Shown here piece by piece: positions 41,801 through 50,204 of a stretch of 64,000 nucleotides of DNA. The translations under genes were made by a program, and so were the position numbers. Numbering within the stretch: position 1 is the first letter of the stretch; the number at the start of each line of letters is the position of its first letter. The stretch spans positions 30,876,001-30,940,000 of the forward strand of contig NC_043005.1 in assembly GCF_006345805.1 (NCBI RefSeq), read 5' to 3'. The stretch comes from Octopus sinensis (taxonomy: Eukaryota). The notes under the pieces are model-generated. The model ran no database searches. It had not been told where the DNA came from and saw only the letters and a list, made by a program, of their open reading frames with translations.

Positions 41801-44800
41801 ATAAAATAAATGAAAAAAAATAGTTATATAAAATAAAGTGTGAAGACTTAGTGGTTAGGCTGTTGCACTCATGATCTAGTGATTGTGAGTTTGATTCCCT
41901 TATTGGGCGGCATGTGTTCTTGAGCAAAACACCTCACTCACATTGCTCCAGTCCCCCTTCAATCAGTGGAGATTGATGGCCTGCTCACCTAGCCAGCAGA
42001 GTGGCATCATTTGAAGGCTAAAACAATGCAAAAGCACATTGTGACCAGTGATGTGTAACAACATCTGATAGCCTGATCAGTAATGTGATCATGCGATAAA
42101 ATAAGGTAATTGATTCTGTTAACAAAAATGTTTTCAGTAAAATTTCAGTAATGATTTTCAGTCATATCTTCTATTTTTGAAAATCCTTGATCTTAGTAAG
42201 ATAGATGGAACTGGTCTGTTGTGATTGACTTGTATTAAATCAGTGTTAAAATACAATTAGGTAGGTATCCTTTCAAATGTCAAATGTTGTGTGAATGTGG
42301 AACCAAACCCTGTTTGAGAAGCTAAATTATTCAGTATTGAATTTGTTACTACATATTTAATTCTTATAAACTTTCTCGTTTGTATAGCAACCAGAAAGGC
42401 GTTGTTCTTTGGCTCCACCGCCAAAGCCATGTGTAAAATGGGGAGAATACATACATTCCTTTCCTGGCAAATTTCCTTGTTTAGGACGTACTCCGATATC
42501 AAAAGAAAATAGTAAAACCTACAAAGCAACTGTTGCTATGGTAAGTATTCATTTAGAATACCATGTAAATTTATTTTGAACCTTCATCATCTCTTTCTTT
42601 GTCAAGCTGCTTTGAGTTATACAAGCCCAATGTTCCTCTTGCCCAACTGTTGAGAAATTTGTAATTTAGTCATACTTGGGGCTAGGGGTTCAGTATGGTA
42701 TATACTGTAATAATTGACAGAATTTGATTTAGGTGGCATTTTAACCACACAACTATTAACTTTAAATTCCTGACTGACAAATATTAGTTATAATATTTAG
42801 CCAGTGTTTGAAATATAAATTAACATGAGCAGGCCAGTATCAAAAGGGTTAAACTATTTAATAAAAGTATTATGTTTTCAAGAATTTTGTCCCTCTGCTT
42901 ATATTTGTAGATGTATTAGATTTTGATATCCCTTATTTACATGGCCAGTTATGGATGAACCCTGCATATTATTCAACAAATACAAGTAATTTAATGTAGA
43001 TTCAGAAAATAATATAGTGCATTTTTAGTGATATTGCAAGTCTATGGCAAGTGAACTAATTACCTTTTGAATTTTCATCTTTTATGAGTAAACGCAGATT
43101 GCATGATCCAATTGCATGTGGGTTTACACAATCATGAAAGTCTTTAAAAAATCCATGAAGGAATAAGAAAGTTATGCCAGAAGTTGTGATTACCTGCACA
43201 CTTTTATATGATGCTTATAAAAGCATTTTTTTGGATGGAGGTGTGTTTTGTTTGTGCAACCACTATAATAAAAATAAGTGCAAACACTACACTATCTCTG
43301 CTTTGCATTATAATATTGAAGAAGTGTACCTTGCATTCTTTTTAAAGAATGTGCAAAGGAAATTTTGCATCTACATGCAAAACAATAATCATGTGTTTGT
43401 TTAATCAGGTGCATTATTGCCTCTTCATAAAGCTGGTGAACTAAGCCTTGTTTTGCAGGGTTTGAAGGTATATTTTTTTGGTAACATTTGTGCTGAACAT
43501 AATGAAGAGAATAAGTGCATTATATTGAGCAACTTCAATGACCTATAAAAACAGTCTTCAATATTTTATTCTATGCCTGTTGTGGATTCCATACCAGTTC
43601 ACCATTTGGTCTAATTTATTATACTTATTCATATTTCTGTCGAACTTATCAATGACAGCCAGTTTAATACCACCTCTTAAGATTACAATTGGAGTAGATG
43701 TAAGATGATGTTATTGCCACCAACTTTTTTACCTTCTTATCCCTAAAAAGCACAGATGAATTTGTGCTCTCTGTGTTTTAGTGAATTGTTTGAGTCTTGT
43801 TGGAAACTTCTGTGGCTATATTTACTGTACCCATGTAATTAGTTCGTTTGACCGCAAAAGTTCTCTCAGCTACTAGGTAGTATTAAAAAATCTATCTGCA
43901 TAGATAGATTTTTACAAGTGGCTGAATGAGTATATCAAAGGTTTTAATAGTTTGTCCACTTCAGGATCTGTGTTCAGGTGTTTGATACAAATATAGGAGA
44001 TGTTTACAATATTTTGATCTACTTTGACTTCAATACCTCAAACACCTGAACACAGATCCTGAAGTCAAAGTAGATCAAAATATTGTAAACATCTATATTT
44101 GTATCACATAATCCAAAAAGATTTTATGTTGTACTTTTGGGGTTTATTTGCAGTGAATTGTTTGTAAGTCCATTGTTACTTGAATCTCATACTCCTTTCA
44201 ATCCAAGTAAAGGCCTGAAATAGATACAAGGCAATCTGGAACATTTTCAAAAGTAAATTGAAGGGCTCTATCTTTTCCTTCTTAACTGACCATGCACACT
44301 GTTGTGTATAGCAGACAAATCATGACAGATGAATATTTTCTGAAAGAAGCAGGTGTACATTTCTGATGCACAGGAAGGACTTCTTCATTGATGAGTAGAT
44401 TAGGACAATCAAGTTCTGAACAAACTTCCTTCACAGAGGCTGTTGCAATCCCTGTAAAAGGTGGAGTGAATCTAAAAGAGTTTTGTGTTGAAAGATGCCC
44501 ATGAAAACTAATGCAAGGTAGAGGATTCCTTTACTCTTGCTGCAGACAGTCTGTGTAGTACTGGTAGTATAACAAATTACATCCAATTTATGTTGTAAAA
44601 TAGCTGGTAGCAGAACAAAAATTCAGCTGTAAAAACTAGGCCCAAAAAGAAAGAAGCAAACAATAGATTTGAGCTCACAAGTTCAAACCTATTTTGTTGC
44701 ATGCAGGTAACCCATCTTGAAGCACAAGTCCTTTGTCCTGTTGCAGCCAAACTCTTGTATCAGTGGAATAGTAAAATGTACCAGTCTATGTTGTGATTGG

Positions 44801-47800
44801 GAGAACATTCAGCCATAAAAATGTTTAATCAGTAGCACTCTTAAAGAATTTGTTAATAAATACAACCCACCTTTAAGCTGTATAACCATTACTTTTATAG
44901 ACTATGAACCTTATGTTTTTATATTTCTATCTTCACTTAAGTTATCAAACTGCACATATTAATCATTTCTAATTATTTACTGGTTCTGTCTTATGGAGAT
45001 ACATATTCTGAAGCCTAATTTAAAGAAAATATCCACAATGTTCATAATAATTCTTTTAAATATTTATTTTCTCTTTTAAAAAAATTCCTCCACTGAGAAT
45101 ATAAATTTAACTTTTCTTTTTTTAGTAAGATAAAGATGAATATTTTTAATTTATATATCTATAATTTCCCCTGTAATAAATTAATCTTGATATTTTATTT
45201 TAAATTTTGAAAGTTTTTCTTTACTGTTTTCCTTGAATTGTGAAAATGATACTGTATCTGTTTGCTTTATTTTAGAGTGAAGATTTTCCAATGGCAGTTG
45301 AAGCGTAAGTTTTAATTTCCTAAAATTTAAATATTAGAATTATTATTTCTTTTAAATCTTATTGAAAATAGTGGAAATTTTATATTTGTAAAAAGCACTT
45401 TTATAAAACAAGAGAACTTAGGCAACTAATATTTTACTAAGCAAAATGTTACAATTTTGTTTTGTTTTGTTTTTTCTACTGAAAACAAATTACAAAATTT
45501 CAGTTATCTCGGAAAACAATTTCATTTGTATATTTTCTTGAGTATTTTGTATTTTTATTTAGACTTTTTCTATCACAGTGTCATACCTGCTGTAGTCATA
45601 GAATATTTATTCACCAGATGACAAGTTGACAGATTATATGCTGTTTCTGGTATGTGTTGTTGGGATTAACACTTAACAGTCATTGACCTAGCAACTAACA
45701 GATACCATGGAGAATTATAGTATTTTGCTGTAAGCAATCAGTCTCTATATAACTGATGAGTAGTTGTTTAGCCTTTCTGTTATTATTATTTAAATAAAAT
45801 ACACATCTATTTGATCCAAATTATATATTTTATAATTTGTGAATTTAAACCAGTTTTGTAAAACAGTTCTAACTTTTTTTATTTATCAATATTTTTAAGA
45901 GGTGTTTTAAACACAATTTAAAATGTTCTTCCACAAATCTATTACAAAATTTCTTTAAAAATTACCCTAATTTCAGGTAAATACAAATAAAATATAAAGT
46001 TATTTAAATATCATCATATAAAATTAGCCAATATTATATGATATCAATATATAGCTTAGTATTATACCAATTATATATCTAGTGAACTTGCTCTAATTTT
46101 ATCCTGTTTGTCTTCCTTTTTTCTTTGTTCATAATTTTTCATAGTGATTAGTCTCTACCATTCTTATTTGAAACTCTTGAATTGATAAACAAAAGTAAAT
46201 AATCAATCTATAGCAATGTTTTGGCAGAAAGCGCATGGAAACTTCTATTGATCATGTGATAACAACTGAAATACTATTCATCAGAGTTCAGGGCAAGTCA
46301 CCTGATATGCTATGGCCTATTTCTCATTACTGAACCCATGTGGATTCAAATCTAAGCCTTGCTATAAGAGCATTTAAGCGGAAACTTATTAAACATTGAC
46401 TTAAAACTGTTAGAGAAGTTGCAAATTCTATGGCTATGTCACCATATTGCACAAGAACAGTACTCAGATTGAGTAAATTAATTGAAGACACACTAAGTAG
46501 CAGTAATTAAGCTAAAGCTAAATGGATTTATATTCATCCACACACTCAGCAGATCCTTCATGGCTTGCTGATCATTTTTCTCCACACACTTTATTGAAGG
46601 AAATTCCATGACACTTCTTAAATCTGTGAAGCCATCCTTCAGTACAATTGCACTCATATTCTAGCTTAAATTCTTTGTGGAACAACTGAGCCTGCTCTAT
46701 TATCATTGTACCTGATAATTTTACTCCATCACTTGAATGTTGTTGAAACCATTCCATCATCATTTGATCAGGATCACTACTCTTACTAGATTTCATTGTT
46801 TTTCTAATGTGCATTTGCTTCCTGCAATCACTGTCTCTAGAGAATTTCAATAGTTTTTCCCTTTGCTTCCCTATCAGTTGATTTACTGAGACCATAATTT
46901 TCACAAATCTTCTGCACCAAAGTTCAGTTTTTTTTAACAGTTGAACTTTCTCTTGAATCAATATGGATTAGTCTTCAGTGTCCCTCTCATCTTTGTTAGA
47001 AGCCAGAGGTGGGATTAAATTTAAGAAAAATAGGCTAAGAATCTCACAGAATTGAGGTATCAGCCACAAGCAAGTGTAGTGTAAACCATCAAAGTAAGTG
47101 CCATCTGTGTGCACCCAGTAAACTAGTCTGGCAGCCAGAAGGATTTGAAGTTCCTGCTCATAAATTAGTGCAAATTATAAGAGGATCCAGACTATCAATG
47201 TCTAGAAAGTCAATGTTGTACCTGTAATTACTTTTTGACTAACTATTGAAAATAGAATAAATTGAATATCATTTACAGATATTTTCCAGACCTTAATAGA
47301 TTTCAGTGGAGTCTTCTGAGAAGAAAATGTTAATGAATTTTGGATATAGAATAATAATCATTTGTACAAGAGCAGGAATTTAAAAATTCAAAGTAGCACC
47401 TACAAACCAAGATAAATAAAATTGATCGTTATTATGATTCCTGTTCTTTAATATAAGTAATTACCATGAAATGTTGGTCCAAAAGCAACAATTATCTAGC
47501 TGCTAGGTTTGACTGATTTCAACTAAAACAAAAATGGAAACAAATTCTCAGATGTGATGATGTAAAGAAGATGTCAAGAGTTGTAGACTGTTTTGTTCCG
47601 TCTTGATAGTGCATTTTTGATTATTCTTTCATATGTTTTTATTTCATTTTAAAATCTAACTGGATTTTTCTTTGATTTTAATACTGCTTTTTTATACTTT
47701 GTAAAATTTATTAAAGGTAATGGAGATAAACAAATTGAAATAAACTAAAATTAAACAATAATGATTTTACATAGATTCACTTAATTTGTCAATTATATTT

Positions 47801-48817
47801 TATAGGTTATTGGATGTACTTGAAGTTATTGCTCCTTTTAAACAATTTCAAAAGTTGAGGGAGTTTATGATGACCAAATTACCGGATGGTTTTCCCGTAA
47901 AACTTGGTAAGTCCATTAAGAACATTATGTATTCTTTTATCTTTTATTTGTTTCAGTCATTGGATTGGGGTCATGCTAGGGTACTACCTTGAAGGGTTTA
48001 GTCAAACATATATATAAAACTGGAATTTATTCTATTGATGAAATGTCATAACAAAATAACTGCTAGCTATAATTTCTATAGAAAATCTATAGAGATAACC
48101 TTAGCATGTTATTCTATTGGTCTCTTTTCCTGAACCATTAAGTTATGGGGATGTAAACATGTGTGTGCATGTATATATATATATATATACACAGACACGT
48201 GTGTGCATATATATATATACACACATACATACAAGGGGATGCTGAAAAGTTCCTGGCTTTAAGAGTCTTGAGAAAGGCCTGTTTAGAAGTCCAACATTCA
48301 GAGTTCTGTAAGAAAAATCTGAAAGACTGCTGCAATCACATCACATCTAACACACTAGCACTGAACACTTCCCACCACCCACAACAGTGAACATACTAGC
48401 ACTGACCAGTTCCAAGCACCTACATCTACACACGCACACGTCAATATCACTAGCCCCCTTCTACAGGTACATTCACACTCACATGCACCTTCGTTTTGGG
48501 AGCACCACTACTTTATTATCTACCCTTCTCCTAAGCTCTCCTGTGTGACCCCATCTGTCTGGCATTTGCCATGATAGATCGTTAGCCACTAAATCTTTTT
48601 CTATTTTCTCTTCCTCTTTATTTTTGTGTTCCTTTCTGTCGAAGAGCGTAGGCTCGAAATGTAAAAGACTTTCTCACTTCCCAAGCGTTAAACTAATACA
48701 TCTGTTTGTTGTTTACACACCCATCTTTTGTTTTTTGTAAATTCTCACTATATATCCACATATATGTGTATGTGTGTATGTATATATATATGTGTGTGTG
48801 TGTGTATACGTGTGTGA

Positions 48818-48852
<35 letters not shown>

Positions 48853-48859
48853 TATGGAG

Positions 48860-48905
<46 letters not shown>

Positions 48906-50204
48906 TATATATATTATAGCCTCAGGCCGATCAAAGCCTTGTGAATGGGTTTCATACACATGTTTATATTTGTGTGCATGTGAGTGTGTCTGTGTTTATT
49001 CCCCCACCATTGCTTGACAACTGTAACTTAGTGGTTCGGCAAAAGACACTGATAGAATAAGTACTAGCCTTATAAAGAATAAATTCTGTGGTTGATTTTG
49101 TTCAACCAAATGCGGTGCTCCAGCATGGCTGCAGTCACATGACAAAAACAAGTAAAACAATTAAAAAAGTATGCCATTTTAATCCCGAGCAAGGCTGGGT
49201 GTCTCTGCAATGAAGAGTAAGTGATTTTAATGATCTTGTAAGTGCTCTCTCAAGAATCTGGCAGACCCACTGAATAGAACTGTGCTAAGAATGAGGCTTT
49301 AGATGATTCGTTATCACACTTTAAACACAGAAAACTTGTTCCAACATAGTACAAGTATTGCACTATGTTAAAGCAAATATAGATTTATGGTCAATTGCTT
49401 GATTGCAGTATTTTGGTGATACTTGTTCACTGGGGTGAAAAGGAGTTTCTTGCCTCTCATCGGGATCAATTTTTGTATTCATTGAAAATGTGTGCTTTCA
49501 TTAAGATGAAAGAATTCCAAATGATGAAATAAAAAGTGAATCTTTAGCTCTTTATATAATTGCAAACTATTTTCAATTTGGAGTTGTCATTGTGGAAAAT
49601 AATGCAAAAATACTCTGCTGCTTTAGAATAAATAAAAAAGATAGCGGCAAAAATATCCCAACAGTATTTGGATTTAAAACTTATATATGAGAAAGAAAAA
49701 AATGGTTCAATTAAATCATTTTCTGATATATCACACTATTTATTTAAAAATAGTATGTTGAAGAACTTTCAACATCACTATTCTGGACATTGATAATCTC
49801 ATAGAGATGAACACCATATTGGAGCCTTTAATTACAAAAGAAAGAACATGAAGCCTCTCACCATTGGGAAGAAAAAAGAAACATTTGGTTCAAAATTCCA
49901 AGGAATATGACAGGCACCTGAAGAAGGTTAGAGTGTACCATGGTTGAAATATTTAAACTATAACAACAAAGTGAAAAACAGTGTAAAATAATGATACTAC
50001 TCCAATTCAGAAATAAGCAAAACCTAATCTTGATTTTTAATAGTTTATTTGTTTTCTATTTTTTTTTCAGAGTTGCCTGTTTTCCCCACAGTCACAGCAA
50101 CAGTCACTTTTACTAAATTTGAGTGGGTTGACGACCTTGATGATAGCTTGTTTGCAGTACCAAATGATTATCATGAAGATCCACAACGTTTTCCTGACCT
50201 ATGA
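4637..50204 (+). CDS. ANKRD13C: ANKRD13C-like gene (ankyrin repeats + ANKRD13/GPCR-chaperone-type C-terminal domain), 12 coding exons, 5'-incomplete: join(4637-4678,5559-5663,12312-12443,23266-23332,25782-25926,36730-36861,38436-38503,41145-41244,42388-42540,45276-45304,47806-47906,50071-50204)
   Basis: Manual splicing gives one open frame: [45 protein letters not shown]...[26 protein letters not shown]...RLDTTLVDF...GWLFKEDKT...[32 protein letters not shown]...[11 protein letters not shown]. All introns are GT-AG and phases match. The motifs, the PDL* end and the lack of C-terminal UIMs fit ANKRD13C as I recall it. Confidence 0.95.
4975..5143 (+). mobile_element. mariner transposase 5' fragment (HTH)
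   Basis: ATG at 5019: [41 protein letters not shown]. Confidence 0.75.
5559..5663 (+). CDS. ANKRD13C: ANKRD13C-like exon (105 nt): [35 protein letters not shown]
   Basis: tttacag| and |gtgagt borders, ankyrin repeat, phase 1/1. Confidence 0.94.
6090..6400 (+). mobile_element. tRNA-derived SINE, family B
   Basis: Head GGAGGTGCAATGGCCCAGTGGTTAGGGCAGCAG...GTTTCGATTCC (A/B-box-like); 3' part shared with 41845-42100. Confidence 0.8.
6927..7090 (-). mobile_element. Truncated copy of the piggyBac-like MITE at 35314-35540, opposite orientation
   Basis: TTAA+CCCTTTAG end; the first ~75 nt align to the reverse complement of the right end of the 35314-35540 element. Confidence 0.65.
7929..8892 (+). 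mobile_element. 5'-truncated RTE LINE with (GAT)n tail
   Basis: [15 protein letters not shown]..., degenerate RT C-terminus, 3' UTR GTTGGCATTAGGAAGG...AACCCATACCAGCAT, (GAT)n at 8881-8892. Confidence 0.85.
8893..10043 (+). mobile_element. 5'-truncated RTE LINE with complete 3' UTR, head-to-tail behind the previous copy
   Basis: [20 protein letters not shown]...GRGRPRKT...[12 protein letters not shown]; repeated GGTGGCACGTAAAA modules; (GAT)n at 10024-10043. Confidence 0.9.
10055..10620. repeat. Fold-back (palindromic MITE-like) element with an insert in its left arm
   Basis: Arms 10396-10467 and 10477-10548 are reverse complements centred on 10472; outer arms are ~10055-10120 and ~10560-10620. 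Confidence 0.85.
10955..11828 (+). mobile_element. CR1/Jockey-group LINE RT fragment with one in-frame stop
   Basis: GPDGF...[19 protein letters not shown]...[15 protein letters not shown]...[13 protein letters not shown]...[14 protein letters not shown]...YADDTK; both supplied ORFs are in the same frame; stop at 11367-11369. Confidence 0.92.
12312..12443 (+). CDS. ANKRD13C: ANKRD13C-like exon (132 nt): [44 protein letters not shown]
   Basis: tttccag| and |gtaagt borders, [12 protein letters not shown] motif. Confidence 0.95.
12497..12900 (+). mobile_element. tRNA-derived SINE, family A (degenerate full length)
   Basis: GTGGCTGTGTG head, GGCATCTTGGGTAAGTGTCTTCTACTATAGCC core, CCCCAGTATGGC...GACTGAAAC tail; starts 53 nt after an exon donor. 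Confidence 0.85.
13215..13800 (+). mobile_element. Degenerate RTE fragment interrupted by a reverse-strand RTE 3' tail (about 13463-13590)
   Basis: Similar to 7929-8892 and 30320-31130; CATCATCATTTAGTGTCCACTTTCCATGCTAGCATGGGTTGGACGG inside. Confidence 0.65.
15383..15668 (-). mobile_element. SINE family A, 3' two-thirds, antisense
   Basis: TTTTACTTGTTTCAGTCATGTGACTGCAGCCATGC...CTTTCAGTTTCCGT; reverse complement of the 19466-19830 copy. Confidence 0.85.
18685..18940 (+). mobile_element. RTE 3'-end copy inserted between the gypsy PBS and gag
   Basis: Two GGTGGCACGTAAAA modules, GGTTGGCGTTAGGAAGGGCATC...CCAACCCATGCTAGC, (GAT)n. Confidence 0.9.
18942..18959 (-). promoter_or_regulatory. Primer-binding site complementary to the tRNA-Trp 3' end
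   Basis: + strand ATCACGTCGGGGTCGCCA is 17/18 identical to the metazoan tRNA-Trp(CCA) 3' end ATCACGTCGGGGTCACCA as I recall it. Confidence 0.8.
19466..19830 (+). mobile_element. SINE family A, best-preserved full-length copy
   Basis: GGCACAGGAGTGGCTGTGTGG...GGTTCAATCTCACTGCGTGGCACCTTGGG...central (TA/TG)n...GGTGGTGCTCCAGCATGGCCGCAGTCAGATGACTGAAACAAGTAAAAG. Confidence 0.9.
20255..20464 (+). mobile_element. RTE 3'-end copy
   Basis: Near-identical to 18780-18940; (GAT)n tail. Confidence 0.9.
23266..23332 (+). CDS. ANKRD13C: ANKRD13C-like exon (67 nt): [23 protein letters not shown]
   Basis: ttttcag| and |gtaaac borders, phase 1/2. Confidence 0.94.
24200..24950 (-). mobile_element. Degraded Dong/R4-type non-LTR RT fragment
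   Basis: [23 protein letters not shown] (RGIFQGDSLS motif); after a frameshift [15 protein letters not shown] (catalytic xxDD). Confidence 0.75.
25488..25740 (-). mobile_element. SINE family A, 3' half, antisense, ending ~40 nt before an exon acceptor
   Basis: TTTTACTTGTTTCAGTCATGTGACTGTGGCCATGCTGGAGCACCACC...GTTGTCAAGCG. Confidence 0.88.
25782..25926 (+). CDS. ANKRD13C: ANKRD13C-like exon (145 nt): [24 protein letters not shown]...FQWIRNE
   Basis: ttttcag| and |gtcagt borders, phase 2/0, overlaps supplied ORF 25768-25998. Confidence 0.94.
26880..27535 (+). mobile_element. Degenerate RTE 3' fragment containing a (CT)n expansion at about 27021-27105
   Basis: TTCAGAGCTATTACCTCTGTTGGCAACAAAAG-(CT)n-CTCAGAGTCAAAGGTAGACTGTATG aligns to 8900-8960. 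Confidence 0.8.
28871..30136 (+). mobile_element. Near full-length decayed mariner transposon (~1.27 kb) with TA ends
   Basis: 5' TACAAAGGGGGTTCCCTAAAGTAACC versus 3' reverse complement TATGAGGGAGTACCCAAAAGAAAC; [58 protein letters not shown]. Confidence 0.9.
30320..31130 (+). mobile_element. Degenerate 5'-truncated RTE LINE
   Basis: AAGGGCCTTAGAGTTAATCTAGCTAAGACCAAAGTC ([12 protein letters not shown]) through GCTGTGCTTGAGAAGAC. Confidence 0.8.
31640..31868 (+). mobile_element. RTE-type 3' tail, divergent subfamily
   Basis: Three AAAAAGCACC modules, GTTGGCATTAAGAAGGGCATCCAGCC, (GAT)n. Confidence 0.75.
33050..34300 (-). mobile_element. Highly degraded non-LTR retrotransposon, probably the Dong/R4 C-terminal region
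   Basis: WAEKEIQY...[12 protein letters not shown] resembles the Dong/R4 ETEGxIxAAQDQA motif; many stops. Confidence 0.45.
34380..35313 (+). mobile_element. Penelope-like element 3' part (RT thumb + GIY-YIG endonuclease), decayed
   Basis: [19 protein letters not shown]...VVYQMKC...[17 protein letters not shown]...SILYQHA. Confidence 0.85.
35314..35540. mobile_element. piggyBac-like MITE, 219 bp between TTAA target duplications
   Basis: TTAA(35314-17)-CCCTTTAG ... CTAAAGGG-TTAA(35537-40); no ORF. Confidence 0.85.
36730..36861 (+). CDS. ANKRD13C: ANKRD13C-like exon (132 nt): [44 protein letters not shown]
   Basis: ttttatag| and |gttagt borders, phase 0/0. Confidence 0.94.
37375..37790 (-). 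mobile_element. Penelope-like RT N-terminal fragment
   Basis: [37 protein letters not shown] (PLE TLKDHK...RLINP.KS.LG motif). Confidence 0.85.
38436..38503 (+). CDS. ANKRD13C: ANKRD13C-like exon (68 nt): [23 protein letters not shown]
   Basis: gttacag| and |gtaagt borders, phase 0/2. Confidence 0.93.
38902..39161 (-). mobile_element. RTE 3'-end copy, antisense, inside a (TA)n/(CA)n block
   Basis: (CAT)n-CGTTTAACGTCCGTTCTCCATGCTAGCATGGGTTGGACGG...; reverse complement of 20255-20464. Confidence 0.9.
41145..41244 (+). CDS. ANKRD13C: ANKRD13C-like exon (100 nt): [33 protein letters not shown]
   Basis: ctaaag| acceptor after a pyrimidine tract, |gtaaaa donor, RREHL..ED..RNKA motif, phase 2/0. 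Confidence 0.92.
41845..42100 (+). mobile_element. tRNA-derived SINE sharing the family-B 3' half but with a different head and body
   Basis: AGTGGTTAGG...GTTTGATTCC head; GTGGCATCATTTGAAGGCTAAAACAATGC...ACATCTGATAGCCTG tail as at 6290-6400. Confidence 0.75.
42388..42540 (+). CDS. ANKRD13C: ANKRD13C-like exon (153 nt): [51 protein letters not shown]
   Basis: tgtatag| and |gtaagt borders, phase 0/0; missed by the ORF track. Confidence 0.94.
43958..44106. repeat. Interleaved inverted duplication A-B-A'-B'
   Basis: A 43958-43985 = revcomp of 44038-44065 (28/28); B 43983-44032 = revcomp of 44060-44106 apart from one 3-nt indel. Confidence 0.95.
45276..45304 (+). CDS. ANKRD13C: ANKRD13C-like micro-exon (29 nt): [10 protein letters not shown]
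   Basis: attttag| and |gtaagt borders; needed to restore frame (phase 0/2) between its neighbours; matches the family S..FP motif. Confidence 0.88.
46200..46965 (-). mobile_element. Tigger/pogo-type transposase fragment (CENP-B-type HTH)
   Basis: RKTMKSS...[10 protein letters not shown]...[17 protein letters not shown]...[22 protein letters not shown]. Confidence 0.85.
47806..47906 (+). CDS. ANKRD13C: ANKRD13C-like exon (101 nt): [33 protein letters not shown]
   Basis: tttatag| and |gtaagt borders, phase 2/1. Confidence 0.95.
48230..48725 (+). mobile_element. mariner-like TIR stub (48230-48270) followed by a Penelope-type 3'/pLTR remnant carrying a hammerhead-like motif
   Basis: TACAAGGGGATGCTGAAAAGTTCCTGGCTTT; CTTT-CTGTCGAAGAGCGTAGGCTCGAAATGTA-AAAG at 48632-48668. 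Confidence 0.6.
48730..48916. repeat. Compound (TA)n/(TG)n/(CA)n microsatellite, representative of many in the window
   Basis: Others at 10662-10712, 13172-13218, 14985-15047, 26061-26123, 30270-30315, 34315-34364, 38790-38901, 60265-60320, 61225-61276, 61520-61690. Confidence 0.95.
48917..49168 (+). mobile_element. SINE family A lacking its head
   Basis: TATAGCCTCAGGCCGATCAAAGCCTTGTG...GCGGTGCTCCAGCATGGCTGCAGTC. Confidence 0.85.
50071..50204 (+). CDS. ANKRD13C: ANKRD13C-like last coding exon: [44 protein letters not shown]
   Basis: ttttcag| acceptor, TGA at 50202-50204. Confidence 0.95.
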
